Shown here: positions 29,009 to 38,731 of the stretch, piece after piece
Layout of the letters: each line of letters starts with the position of its first letter
Position numbering within the stretch: position 1 is the stretch's first letter
Assembly: GCA_012521335.1 (NCBI GenBank)
Contig: JAAYMM010000038.1
Location: 4,051-68,050 of the forward strand
Length of the DNA: 64,000 nt
Direction: 5' to 3'
Origin: Bacillota bacterium
GTDB taxonomy: Bacteria > Bacillota > Limnochordia > Darwinibacteriales > Darwinibacteriaceae
Notes under the pieces: generated by a model
Databases searched by the model: none
Seen by the model: the letters and a program-made list of their open reading frames with translations, nothing else
What the model was told of the DNA's origin: nothing
Program-made: the position numbers and the translations under genes

Positions 29009-29950
29009 ATGCTTGATGACATAGATCTGGGGAGACGACAGCGCATTTTGATCGTGGAAGACGTTAAGCTTAACGCTCAGATACTCGTGAACGCCCTGAA
29101 AGATACCTACGATCTGCGGGTTGCTCATAACGGAGTGGAAGCGCTGGCCATGGTCAGGGAGGAAATGCCGGATCTCATTCTTTTGGATATCATCATGCCC
29201 GAGATGGACGGGTACGAGGTCTGCGCGCGCCTGCAGGCCGATCCCAACACCCGCGATATTCCCATCTTGTTTTTGACCGCCCTAGAGGGGGATCAGAACG
29301 AGGCTTACGGCATAGAACTCGGGGCCATGGACTATATCCGCAAACCCTTCAACGTGCCTATTGTCAAGGCCAAGATCCGCAACCACCTGGAGCTGAAACG
29401 CTATAAAGACATCCTGAAACGAGACAGCAGGATCGACGGCCTCACCCGCATTCCCAACAGGCGGCGCTTTGATGAAGCCTATGCAGAAGAGCGGGAGCGG
29501 GCCAGGCGCAACAAGATGCCCCTATCCGTACTGATGATCGACCTGGATCGCTTTAAAGCCTACAACGACACCTACGGCCACCTCCAGGGCGATGATGTAC
29601 TCAAACTGGTGGCTAAGACCCTCTACCATGCCCTGCGCCGCCCAGGTGATCTGGTGGCCCGCTGGGGAGGGGAGGAGTTTTCTGTTCTGCTGCCCCAGAC
29701 TGATCTCCTGGGAGCCCTGCATGTGGCAGAGCGCCTCCGGTCCGCAGTCTATGATCTGGAGATCCCCCATGAGTCATCACATGTGGCGGATGTACTCACC
29801 GTTTCCATCGGGGTGGCTTCTTCCATGCCGAACCAGCCTTGGTCCTATGACCAACTGCTGCAGTGGGCAGATGAAGCGGTCTACCGGGCCAAGGCGGAAG
29901 GGCGCAACAGGGTGGTAGCTTACGAGTACGCCAGAGACCTGTCCAACTAG
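29009..29950 (+). CDS. response regulator with receiver and GGDEF domains (PleD-like diguanylate cyclase)
   Basis: Receiver-domain Asp pocket (LILLDIIMPEMDG), I-site RxxD, active-site GGEEF. Confidence 0.85.
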   Translation: MLDDIDLGRRQRILIVEDVKLNAQILVNALKDTYDLRVAHNGVEALAMVREEMPDLILLDIIMPEMDGYEVCARLQADPNTRDIPILFLTALEGDQNEAYGIELGAMDYIRKPFNVPIVKAKIRNHLELKRYKDILKRDSRIDGLTRIPNRRRFDEAYAEERERARRNKMPLSVLMIDLDRFKAYNDTYGHLQGDDVLKLVAKTLYHALRRPGDLVARWGGEEFSVLLPQTDLLGALHVAERLRSAVYDLEIPHESSHVADVLTVSIGVASSMPNQPWSYDQLLQWADEAVYRAKAEGRNRVVAYEYARDLSN

Positions 29951-29973
29951 GCGATCATTCCCGCACAACGCAG

Positions 29974-30001
29974 AAAAAAAGACTCCCGTGGGAGTCTTTT
30001 T
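29974..30001. terminator. bidirectional rho-independent terminator
   Basis: AAAAAAA-GACTCCC-gtg-GGGAGTC-TTTTT between convergent genes. Confidence 0.8.
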
Positions 30002-30026
30002 CGCGCGTTGGTGAGGAAGAGAAGGC

Positions 30027-30881
30027 TTAGCCTTTTACGGCACCTGCGGAAACGCCTTGTGTAATCTGCCGCCTGAACACCAAGTAGAAGATGACCATGG
30101 GTACAAGCCCGATGGTCAGGGCGGCAAACTGACGGCCATGGTCCGAAGCTAACGGACCTGAGAACTTGAGGATGCCTACGGGCAGGGTGCGCAGAGCATC
30201 GCTGGAGACCAAGATGTTTACCAGCATGAACTCATTCCACACACCCGACACGTTGAGGATGGCCAGGGTGACTGCTACCGGTTTGGCCATGGGGGCGATG
30301 ATGGAAGCGAAGATCCTAAGATAGGAAGCACCATCGATGCGTGCCGATTCCACCACCGAATTGGGTATGGCCTTGATGAATTCAGTGCAGAGGTAGATGC
30401 CTATGGGCATGCCCATGCCCACATAGGGGATGAGCACTCCCAGGCGGGTGTTGTACAAGTTCGTAGAAACGGCCATCAAGAACAAAGGCACCATCAGAGA
30501 CTGCAGAGTGAGCAGGATGCCGATAACGAAACTGCCGTGCAGAAAGGGCGTAGCCTTGGAGCGGATTTTGGCAAAGGCGAAGCCCGCCATCAGGGAGAAC
30601 ATGATCACTAGGATGGTGGACGCTACAGTGAAGAAGATGCTGTTAAGGAACAGTGTGTCAAACTGAGCCAAGCGCCAAGCTGTGGGATAGTTGTTCAGGG
30701 TGGGATTCCAGGGCCAGCCCGTCATGTTCAGCTGAAACTCGGTGTTCGTCTTGAGCGAACTGATCACCAGCCAGTAAAGGGGATACAGCGTGAGCACCGT
30801 AAAGATGCCTACGGTGACGTACACAAAGACCCTGAGCACGGGGTGGAAGTCGGTCTTTTTGATCTTGGTTGTGGTTTTCAT
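30027..30881 (-). CDS. carbohydrate ABC transporter permease (MalG-like)
   Basis: 284 aa, EAA motif (ESARIDGAS). Confidence 0.9.
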   Translation of the reverse strand: MKTTTKIKKTDFHPVLRVFVYVTVGIFTVLTLYPLYWLVISSLKTNTEFQLNMTGWPWNPTLNNYPTAWRLAQFDTLFLNSIFFTVASTILVIMFSLMAGFAFAKIRSKATPFLHGSFVIGILLTLQSLMVPLFLMAVSTNLYNTRLGVLIPYVGMGMPIGIYLCTEFIKAIPNSVVESARIDGASYLRIFASIIAPMAKPVAVTLAILNVSGVWNEFMLVNILVSSDALRTLPVGILKFSGPLASDHGRQFAALTIGLVPMVIFYLVFRRQITQGVSAGAVKG

Positions 30882-31789
30882 TCTTCCCTACCTCCAAACC
30901 TGGCTTCGGTGATGCGCACCATGACGATGAGGATAAAGCTCAGCAGTACCATAAACACCGAGATGGAGTTGGCCAGCGGATAGTTAGGCGAATGCTTGAA
31001 GGCAGTGTCGTACATGTACAGAGCCAGTACCGAGGTGCGCCGCGCTGGATTTCCTGCGGTCATGGCATAGACTAGATCGAAACTCTTCAGTGAACCGGAG
31101 ATGGCCAGAATACAGGCGGTAACGATCACTCCTGAGAGGGCAGGCAGCGTAATGCGGGTGAGTACCTGCCATTCGCTGGCGCCGTCAATCCGAGCCGCTT
31201 CAATCAGGGAAGGATCGATCTTCTGCAGGTTGGCCAAGAAGATAATCATGTACTGTCCCGTGTACATCCAGAGGATGACAAACAGGACAGGTATAATAGC
31301 CTTCTGGGGATCATAGGCCAGCTCGTTTTCCCAACCCGGTTGGAACCGCTGCATGAACTTGGTAAACGGCCCGTAGGGTGAGAAAAATGACTGCCAGAGC
31401 CTGCCCACTACGATGGTGGAGATCACGCAGGGCAGGTAGATAATGGTCTGGAAGAAATCCCCAAATTTGATCAACTTGCGGTGGATCACATAAGCAAATA
31501 AGAAGCCTAGGGGAATCTGGCCAAACACGGAAACAGCCATGATCAAGCCGTTGTTCTTAAGGGAGATCCAGAAGTAGCGATCGTTAAACATGCGCAAATA
31601 GTGCCTGAGGCCGACAAACTGGATATTGGGGTTGCCGAAGATGACTCCACCGTTGTAGTTGGTCATGCTTAGGCCCAGGGAAAAGACGGTTGGGAACGCC
31701 ATCACTGCCCAGTAGACCAAGACTCCAGGCAGAACCAGCAGGAGGTAAGCCCGCCGTTCTTCGGTCCACCATGCTAGGAATCTTTTCAT
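30878..31789 (-). CDS. carbohydrate ABC transporter permease (MalF-like)
   Basis: 303 aa, EAARIDGASEWQ EAA motif; overlaps downstream gene by 4 nt. Confidence 0.9.
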   Translation of the reverse strand: MKRFLAWWTEERRAYLLLVLPGVLVYWAVMAFPTVFSLGLSMTNYNGGVIFGNPNIQFVGLRHYLRMFNDRYFWISLKNNGLIMAVSVFGQIPLGFLFAYVIHRKLIKFGDFFQTIIYLPCVISTIVVGRLWQSFFSPYGPFTKFMQRFQPGWENELAYDPQKAIIPVLFVILWMYTGQYMIIFLANLQKIDPSLIEAARIDGASEWQVLTRITLPALSGVIVTACILAISGSLKSFDLVYAMTAGNPARRTSVLALYMYDTAFKHSPNYPLANSISVFMVLLSFILIVMVRITEARFGGREE

Positions 31790-31805
31790 GGGACTTCGCT
31801 CCTTA

Positions 31806-31845
31806 GCAGGAAGGGGAGGCTCGAAAGCGAGCCTGCCCCTTCTGT
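31806..31845 (-). promoter_or_regulatory. GC-rich stem-loop between the binding-protein and permease genes
   Basis: AGGGGAGGCTCG-aaag-CGAGCCTGCCCCT imperfect 11-12 bp stem. Confidence 0.55.
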
Positions 31846-31855
31846 GGATTGAGTG

Positions 31856-33166
31856 TTATTTCTTCGCTCTCCAAGTCTCCAGGGCTTCCTGCACGCGTTC
31901 AGCCACTTCCATGGGAGTGGCCAGGCCCAGGCCGATTTCCTGCAGACCTACGTTGAGCGGCAGGTAGACTTCGCCTTCCAGAATGTTGTCCAAAACTTCG
32001 GTGTATACTTCTATATCGTCATAATAACGGATTCTCTCCACAACCAGCGGTTCGATGTTGTCGGAGGTAACATCGATGCGGCTGGGGATGGTGCCTGCTG
32101 TCTCCAGACGCATGGTCTGGACTTCTTTGCTCTGCAGCCACTTGATCAGTTCCCAGGCGGCAGCTTCCTTAGCCGAGCCAGCGGGAATCTTGGAGCTCAT
32201 GCCGTAACCGGTACCTACTACGCCGGAAGACGACTTCTTGTTGATTTCTCCTGGGATGGCGGGGAAGATGGTCATCTTGAAGTTGGGCTGCTGATCTACG
32301 GGGATGAGAGCTTCACCGGTAGTTACGTCGGTCAGGAAGTTGGCGGTTTTCCAGTCGCCGTCGATCATGAATGGTGCCCGGCCGGAGGCAAACAGGCCGT
32401 TTACTTCAGAGTAGTTGATGTTCATGATCTTGCGGTCCAGAACTCCGTCTTTGTACATTTGGGCGTAGAACTCCAAGGCGTTGACGAACTCAGGATCGGT
32501 GAACTTGGCTTTGCCTTCGATGATCTCCTGAAGTTTCTCGTCGCCGACCAGGCGGCCAACGATCATGGAGAACAGACAGGACTGGATGACCCAGTCATCC
32601 TGAGCGCCCATGAGGATCACATCAAGGCCGGCCCCTTTGATCACAGGCACCATGGCCACCAGTTCCTCGTAGGTCTCAGGAATGGACAGACCCAGGCTCT
32701 CCAGGAGAGGGACGTTGATGTACAGGGCGTGGCTGGAGGTCATGGTCTGGGGCAGTTCGGCGAGGTATCCTGCTGCCTGCGGTGCCAGGACGGCGGGGTT
32801 GAAATACTTGGCGTCCTCTCCCAGCAGGGGCATCAGGTCTTTAACCAAGCCCAGGGTGTGCAGGGATGTGGAACGCCCTCCCGGCCACATGAATACTACG
32901 TCGGGGAGACGGTCAGCAGCTGCATATGCTTCGACTTTCTGATGGAAGGCTTCTAAGAACAAGTCTTCCCTTTCTACGATGATATGGGGATTGCGGCGGG
33001 AGAACTCACGCCAAACCTCTTCCAGTTCCCGTTCCGCGCCTGGGGCTGTCAGGTCGAAGTAGTTGAGCACCGTAATGGTGATCTTCTCTTCCTGAGCCAG
33101 GGCAGCAGGGATAAAGCCCACAACCATAAGCACGGTTAACAGCAGCACTAGAGATTTTCTCAGCAT
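31856..33166 (-). CDS. carbohydrate ABC transporter substrate-binding protein
   Basis: signal peptide (MLRKSLVLLLTVLMVVGFIPAALA), family-1 solute-binding protein; ATG 33166 with GAGGAGG RBS. Confidence 0.9.
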   Translation of the reverse strand: MLRKSLVLLLTVLMVVGFIPAALAQEEKITITVLNYFDLTAPGAERELEEVWREFSRRNPHIIVEREDLFLEAFHQKVEAYAAADRLPDVVFMWPGGRSTSLHTLGLVKDLMPLLGEDAKYFNPAVLAPQAAGYLAELPQTMTSSHALYINVPLLESLGLSIPETYEELVAMVPVIKGAGLDVILMGAQDDWVIQSCLFSMIVGRLVGDEKLQEIIEGKAKFTDPEFVNALEFYAQMYKDGVLDRKIMNINYSEVNGLFASGRAPFMIDGDWKTANFLTDVTTGEALIPVDQQPNFKMTIFPAIPGEINKKSSSGVVGTGYGMSSKIPAGSAKEAAAWELIKWLQSKEVQTMRLETAGTIPSRIDVTSDNIEPLVVERIRYYDDIEVYTEVLDNILEGEVYLPLNVGLQEIGLGLATPMEVAERVQEALETWRAKK

Positions 33167-33265
33167 TCTTTTTCCTCCTCGCTTTTTTGGTGTTAGACCA
33201 CGGGCAACGCAAGGCTTAGATCTCCCCATTCTCACCTCCTGACAGTAGTTGGGCTAAGAGCATCC

Positions 33266-34462
33266 TTACCTGTGGAAAGGCACAGATAAGGGAGCGAACC
33301 AGCGGTCAATCACCAGCCCAGCTGCACCCAGCAGGTCCGCATCCTCGTTGTTGAAGCTGGAACCGGTGATGGTCGTGCTGCAGGGGATTCCTGACTGCCG
33401 GGCAGTGGCCGCGTAGTAGCGCTGGCAATAGTCGATGACCTCGCTCTGGAGTTTTCCCCAAAACCCTCCGATGGTGATCACATCCAGATCTAAGAGGATC
33501 CCCCAGTGGGTGCAGGCTAAGGCCAAGGCCCCAGCCGACTCCCGGACCAGGTCCAGAGCAGCCGCGTCTTGGGCCTGGATCAGCTCTACAAACTGGGAGC
33601 GAGTTACCTTTCGCCCTGTCTTTTCGGCGTAGCGAGCCTGTACATCTCCAAAGTACACGTAGGGTTCTAGGCAGCCCTTCTGCCCGCAGCGGCAGGGCTG
33701 TCCGCCGGCGATCAAAGGAACGTGCCCAATTTCACCAGTGGTGAAACGGGAACCGTTGAGCAGGGCTTTGTTGGAGATGATGCCTGCACCGGCACCTTCC
33801 TCCGTTTTCAGGTACATGGAACTAACTGCATCCCGGGCCGTCCCCAGCCAAACCTCAGCCAGGGCGCAGGCGTTGGCGTCGTTTTCGATGAAGATGGGCA
33901 GCTGCAGCTCACTGCCTAAAAGCTCAGCTATGGGCACGTCTTCCCAATCCAAATTCACGGAGCGGATCACTCTGCCTTCCTTGGGATGGCAGATTCCCGA
34001 AACCGCTACGCCCACACCGAGGATGTGCTCGCGGTTGATGCCGGCTTGGGTAAAGATAGTGCTGAGTATTTCGACAGTATTGTGCAAAAATTCCTGCGGA
34101 GTCTGACCTCCCCAGGGCAATTTTTCTGTGGACAGTATGTTGCCTTTCAGGTCCAGCAGGGCAGCCCGGCAGTCATCGCGCAGGAGTTTCAGACTGGCGA
34201 TGTAGAGTTTGGTGTGGTCAATGTGCAGGTACACAGGCCTTCTACCGCCTGTAGACTTGCCCGCTTTACCCTCGAGGACTATGCCTTGCTCCATGAGCTC
34301 GGCAATAATGCGGGTGATCGTGGCTGGACTCATGCCTGTCAATTTAGCTAGTTGAGTTCGGGAACAGCTGCCGTGGCGGTACAGAGTCTGGAGTACGGTG
34401 GAAGCATTGTAGGTGCGGATTAAGCGGGTTGTGTTGATGTGTCGACTCACTAAACTCACCAA
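33266..34462 (-). CDS. ROK family transcriptional regulator
   Basis: N-terminal helix-turn-helix (RTQLAKLTGMSPATITRIIAEL), ROK sugar-kinase-like domain with Zn Cys/His motif (CRCGQKGC). Confidence 0.85.
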   Translation of the reverse strand: MVSLVSRHINTTRLIRTYNASTVLQTLYRHGSCSRTQLAKLTGMSPATITRIIAELMEQGIVLEGKAGKSTGGRRPVYLHIDHTKLYIASLKLLRDDCRAALLDLKGNILSTEKLPWGGQTPQEFLHNTVEILSTIFTQAGINREHILGVGVAVSGICHPKEGRVIRSVNLDWEDVPIAELLGSELQLPIFIENDANACALAEVWLGTARDAVSSMYLKTEEGAGAGIISNKALLNGSRFTTGEIGHVPLIAGGQPCRCGQKGCLEPYVYFGDVQARYAEKTGRKVTRSQFVELIQAQDAAALDLVRESAGALALACTHWGILLDLDVITIGGFWGKLQSEVIDYCQRYYAATARQSGIPCSTTITGSSFNNEDADLLGAAGLVIDRWFAPLSVPFHR

Positions 34463-34628
34463 CTTTTTTCCACTATGAAAACATCTAATTTCATAATAAC
34501 CCAGAACAGAATGTTTTGCAATACTTTCTTTTCAGTAAAGTAAGATTTAATTCGGCAAAGGACTCTCCGCGCCCAGTGTGGAATAGGCAAGATAGTGCGA
34601 TCATATCCACGGTCAAAGGAGTAGATGT

Positions 34629-36149
34629 ATGCTAAAGCTCAGTGGTTCCAACCTAAGCGGCCATGACGTGGTGAAGGCGGTGAGGCAGGGGTGGACGGTC
34701 ACCCTGGACACGGCCCAGCTCGCCAAAGTGGCCCAGGCCCGGGAGTTGGTCCTGCGCCTGCTGGAAGAAGGCGCCCCTGTCTATGGAATTAACACCGGTT
34801 TCGGCAAATTGGCGGAAACATCGATCTCCCGGGAAAGCGTGGCCGAACTGCAGCGCAATTTGATCCTGAGCCACAGCTGCGGTGTAGGTGAGCCCTTTTC
34901 GGGAGAAGTGGTGAAGGCCATGATTATCCTCCGGGCTAATGCTCTGATGAAAGGCCATTCTGGTATCCGCCCCGAGGTGATTAGGCTGTTGGTGGAACTG
35001 GTCAACCAGAATGTGATCCCAGTGGTGCCCAGCCAGGGCTCAGTAGGGGCGAGTGGTGATTTGGTGCCCCTGGCCCATATGTCCGCGGTCCTCATCGGCG
35101 AAGGGGAAGCCTATTACCGCGATCAGCGGCTGCCTGGAGCCAAAGCTCTGGAAAGGGCTGGGCTGGCTCCTGTAGCCCTGGAAGCCAAAGAGGGGCTGGC
35201 CTTAATCAACGGCACCCAGGCCATGACAGCCCAGGCGGTATTAGCCCTGTATGACAGCGATATTCTGCTTAAGACGGCGGACGTGGCCGGCAGCCTCACT
35301 ATGGAGGCGCTGCGGGCCATCCCCGATGCCCTTGATGAGAGGGTGCACGCACTGCGACCCCACCGGGGGCAGAACCTGGTGGCCGCCAATCTGCGCAGGC
35401 TGCTCGCGGGCAGCGGACTTGTGTACGGCAGGGAACACGACCGCATCCAAGACGCCTATTCACTGCGCTGCATTCCTCAGGTGCACGGAGCCACCAGGGA
35501 CGCCTACAGCTATGTAGAACAGGTGGTTAACACCGAGATCAATTCGGTTACGGACAATCCCATCCTGTTCCCCGAAGAAGGAGAGGTAATCTCCGCGGGG
35601 AACTTCCACGGCCAGCCCGTAGCCCTGGCCTTGGACTTTTTAGGTATCGCCCTGGCAGAAATGGGGAACATCTCCGAGCGTCGAATTGAGCGCCTGGTTA
35701 ACCCGCAGCTCAGCGGTCTGCCCCCCTTCCTTACCCAACGGAGCGGGCTCAACTCGGGTTATATGATCGCCCAATACACCGCAGCTGCCCTGGTTTCGGA
35801 AAACAAAGTGCTGGCCCATCCAGCCTCTGTGGATTCCATACCAACTTCAGCCAACCAGGAAGATCATGTGAGCATGGGCAGCATCGCCGCGCGCAAACTG
35901 GGTGGTATTGTGTCCAACGTACAGCACGTGCTGGCCATTGAAATCCTCTGCGCCTGCCAGGCCTTAGAGTATAGGGATAAGGGCAAGCTGTCCCCGGCAA
36001 CGCGGGCCGTGTATGAGCTGGTGAGAAGCGCCGTTCCTCCTCTCGAGCAGGACCGCTTCTTGGAGCCTGAGATTCAAACTGTGCGGGATCTGATTGTCTC
36101 TGGCCGAGTGCTGCAAGCTGCGGCCAGTGAAGTTGAAGAACTAGCCTAG
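34629..36149 (+). CDS. hutH: histidine ammonia-lyase
   Basis: 506 aa; prosthetic-group forming ASG tripeptide (GSVGASGDLVPLAHM). Confidence 0.95.
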   Translation: MLKLSGSNLSGHDVVKAVRQGWTVTLDTAQLAKVAQARELVLRLLEEGAPVYGINTGFGKLAETSISRESVAELQRNLILSHSCGVGEPFSGEVVKAMIILRANALMKGHSGIRPEVIRLLVELVNQNVIPVVPSQGSVGASGDLVPLAHMSAVLIGEGEAYYRDQRLPGAKALERAGLAPVALEAKEGLALINGTQAMTAQAVLALYDSDILLKTADVAGSLTMEALRAIPDALDERVHALRPHRGQNLVAANLRRLLAGSGLVYGREHDRIQDAYSLRCIPQVHGATRDAYSYVEQVVNTEINSVTDNPILFPEEGEVISAGNFHGQPVALALDFLGIALAEMGNISERRIERLVNPQLSGLPPFLTQRSGLNSGYMIAQYTAAALVSENKVLAHPASVDSIPTSANQEDHVSMGSIAARKLGGIVSNVQHVLAIEILCACQALEYRDKGKLSPATRAVYELVRSAVPPLEQDRFLEPEIQTVRDLIVSGRVLQAAASEVEELA

Positions 36150-36170
36150 GACGCCAAGGGAGGTAATTGC

Positions 36171-37814
36171 ATGATTAGGGCACCAAAAGGAGCAAAACTG
36201 CACTGCAAGGGCTGGCATCAGGAAGCCGCCATGCGCATGCTCATGAACAACCTGGATCCGGAGGTGGCTGAGCGGCCCGATGACCTGGTGGTGTACGGAG
36301 GAATAGGCAAAGCGGCCCGCAACTGGGACTGCTACCATGCCATTGTGCGTACGCTGCAGGAGTTGGAGAACGATGAAACGCTGCTGGTACAGTCAGGAAA
36401 ACCAGTGGGTGTGTTCAGGACCACACCCCAATCCCCCAGGGTGTTAATTGCCAACTCCAATCTGGTTCCGGCCTGGGGTACCTGGGAGCATTTCCGGGAA
36501 CTGGAGCGCAAGGGGCTGATGATGTACGGCCAGATGACCGCGGGCAGCTGGATCTACATTGGGACCCAAGGAATCTTGCAGGGGACCTATGAGACCCTGG
36601 CCGAGCTCGCCCACCAGCACTTCGGAGGTTCTCTGCGCGGGCGCCTGGTGCTTACTGCAGGTTTAGGCGGCATGGGCGGTGCCCAGCCTTTGGCCGTGAC
36701 CATGAACGGCGGGGTTGCCATTGTGGTGGAAGTGGATCCGCAGCGCATCGAAAAGCGGCTGGCCACCAGATACTGCCAGCTGGCCACGGACGATTTTGAT
36801 GAGGCGCTGCGCCTGGCCTTGGAGGCCAAGGAAAAGGGCGAACCGTTGTCCATCGGCCTGTTGGGCAACGCTGCGGAAATTCTGCCTGAGTTTGTGCGGC
36901 GCGGCATCATCCCCGATGTGGTTACCGACCAGACCTCGGCCCACGATCCCCTCAACGGCTACATTCCCGCAGGCCATACCCTGGAAGAAGCCGCTCGGCT
37001 GCGCACCCAGGATCCAGAGCGCTACATCCGCCTGGCCAAGGAATCCATGGGCGTACATGTCCGGGCCATGTTGGATCTCATGGAGCGGGGGGCAGTGGTG
37101 TTTGACTATGGCAACAACATCCGCCAGCAGGCTAAGGATGTAGGGGTAGAAAACGCCTTTGCCTTCCCTGGCTTTGTTCCCGCGTATATCCGTCCGCTGT
37201 TCTGCGAAGGCAAGGGTCCTTTCCGCTGGGTGGCTTTGTCGGGCGATCCGGAGGACATCTTCAAGATCGATGACATGCTCTGCAGGGAGTTCAGCGACAA
37301 CGAACGGCTGGTGCGCTGGATTCAGATGGCCCGGGAGCAGGTGGCTTTTCAAGGCCTGCCGTCCCGCATCTGCTGGCTGGGTTACGGTGAACGGGCCCGC
37401 TTTGGCCTGCTGATCAACGAAATGGTGAAAAAGGGTGAGGTTTCAGCGCCCATCGTGATCGGCCGGGATCACCTGGACGCCGGTTCTGTGGCTTCGCCGC
37501 ATCGAGAGACGGAAGGGATGAAAGACGGCAGCGACGCTGTGGCCGACTGGCCCATTCTCAACGCCTTGGTGAACGCATGCGCCGGGGCCAGCTGGGTCTC
37601 TGTGCACCACGGAGGAGGAGTGGGCATCGGCTATTCCCTGCATGCAGGCATGGTGGTGGTGGCGGACGGTACCGATGAAGGCGCAGCGCGCCTGGAGCGG
37701 GTGCTCACCACTGACCCCGGTACTGGGGTAATGCGGCATGTGGACGCCGGCTATGAGCTGGCGATCAAGACTGCCAGGGAGAAGGGGATCAAAATACCCA
37801 TGCTGGAGGGCTAA
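36171..37814 (+). CDS. hutU: urocanate hydratase
   Basis: 547 aa; typical urocanase N-terminus and NAD-binding GGMGGAQP. Confidence 0.95.
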   Translation: MIRAPKGAKLHCKGWHQEAAMRMLMNNLDPEVAERPDDLVVYGGIGKAARNWDCYHAIVRTLQELENDETLLVQSGKPVGVFRTTPQSPRVLIANSNLVPAWGTWEHFRELERKGLMMYGQMTAGSWIYIGTQGILQGTYETLAELAHQHFGGSLRGRLVLTAGLGGMGGAQPLAVTMNGGVAIVVEVDPQRIEKRLATRYCQLATDDFDEALRLALEAKEKGEPLSIGLLGNAAEILPEFVRRGIIPDVVTDQTSAHDPLNGYIPAGHTLEEAARLRTQDPERYIRLAKESMGVHVRAMLDLMERGAVVFDYGNNIRQQAKDVGVENAFAFPGFVPAYIRPLFCEGKGPFRWVALSGDPEDIFKIDDMLCREFSDNERLVRWIQMAREQVAFQGLPSRICWLGYGERARFGLLINEMVKKGEVSAPIVIGRDHLDAGSVASPHRETEGMKDGSDAVADWPILNALVNACAGASWVSVHHGGGVGIGYSLHAGMVVVADGTDEGAARLERVLTTDPGTGVMRHVDAGYELAIKTAREKGIKIPMLEG

Positions 37815-37826
37815 GGAGGGAAGGAC

Positions 37827-38720
37827 ATGGCTCAAATCGTGCAGTGTGTGCCCAACATCAGTGAAGGACGCAGGCCGGAGGTGGTGGAGAGAGTCGTAGA
37901 CCAGATTCGGCAGACTCCCGGCGTGCAGCTTCTGGACTACTCATCGGACTATGATCACAACCGCTCGGTGATCACCTTCGTAGGTGATCTGGCCAGTGTG
38001 CAGGAAGCAGCCTTCCAGCTAACCAAGGAAGCGGTACAGCTGATCAACATGGAAGAGCATCAGGGAGCACATCCCCGCATTGGTGCGGTAGATGTAATCC
38101 CTTTCATCCCCATTGAGGAAGTGACCATGCAGGAGTGCGTGCAGGCCGCGGTGAGCCTGGCCGAGCGCATCAACTCTGAGCTGGGCGTGCCCACTTACCT
38201 GTATGGGGAAGCGGCCACTAGGCCCGAACGCCGCGACCTGAGCAATATCCGCAAGGGGCAGTATGAGGGACTCAAGGAAGCCATTGCGCAAGAAGAGCGA
38301 CATCCCGACTATGGCGAGCCACGCTTGCATCCCACGGCGGGAGCTACCGTGGTGGGGGCGCGCTTGCCTCTGATTGCCTTTAACGTGAACTTGGGCACCG
38401 ACCGCAAAGAGGTGGCGGACCACATCGCCCGCTGTGTGCGGGAGCGCAGCGGCGGCTTTAGGAATGTGAAGGCCATGGGAGTGGCGCTGGAAGAGCGTCG
38501 GCAGGTACAGGTGTCCATGAACTTGGAAAACTACCTGGAAACCCCCATTTACAGGGTACTGGAGACCATCCGGCGCGAAGCAGCCCGTTTCGGAGTGCCT
38601 GTGGTGGGCACTGAAATAGTAGGGCTTGTGCCCCAGAAGGCCCTTTTGGATGTGGCCGCGTGGTATCTGCAGTTGGAAAGCTTCCAGCCTCAGCAGGTGC
38701 TGGAAAACCGCCTGCGCTAG
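37827..38720 (+). CDS. ftcD: glutamate formimidoyltransferase (FtcD N-terminal-type domain)
   Basis: MAQIVQCVPNISEGRR formiminotransferase signature; 297 aa. Confidence 0.85.
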   Translation: MAQIVQCVPNISEGRRPEVVERVVDQIRQTPGVQLLDYSSDYDHNRSVITFVGDLASVQEAAFQLTKEAVQLINMEEHQGAHPRIGAVDVIPFIPIEEVTMQECVQAAVSLAERINSELGVPTYLYGEAATRPERRDLSNIRKGQYEGLKEAIAQEERHPDYGEPRLHPTAGATVVGARLPLIAFNVNLGTDRKEVADHIARCVRERSGGFRNVKAMGVALEERRQVQVSMNLENYLETPIYRVLETIRREAARFGVPVVGTEIVGLVPQKALLDVAAWYLQLESFQPQQVLENRLR

Positions 38721-38731
38721 GAGGTGGCTGT

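Noticed and set aside
582-29950. Possibility that UAG is read as a sense codon (genetic-code change or pyrrolysine-type recoding), given the in-frame TAGs at 15182 and 23291 and several TAG stops followed in-frame by the next gene (9125, 10515, 21044, 23874)
   Set aside because: About 17 confidently annotated genes in the window terminate at TAG at the expected protein ends, often with a second stop a few codons later. TAG is therefore a normal stop here. The in-frame junctions are compatible with chance or translational coupling, and the two internal TAGs are better explained as nonsense mutations or sequencing errors.
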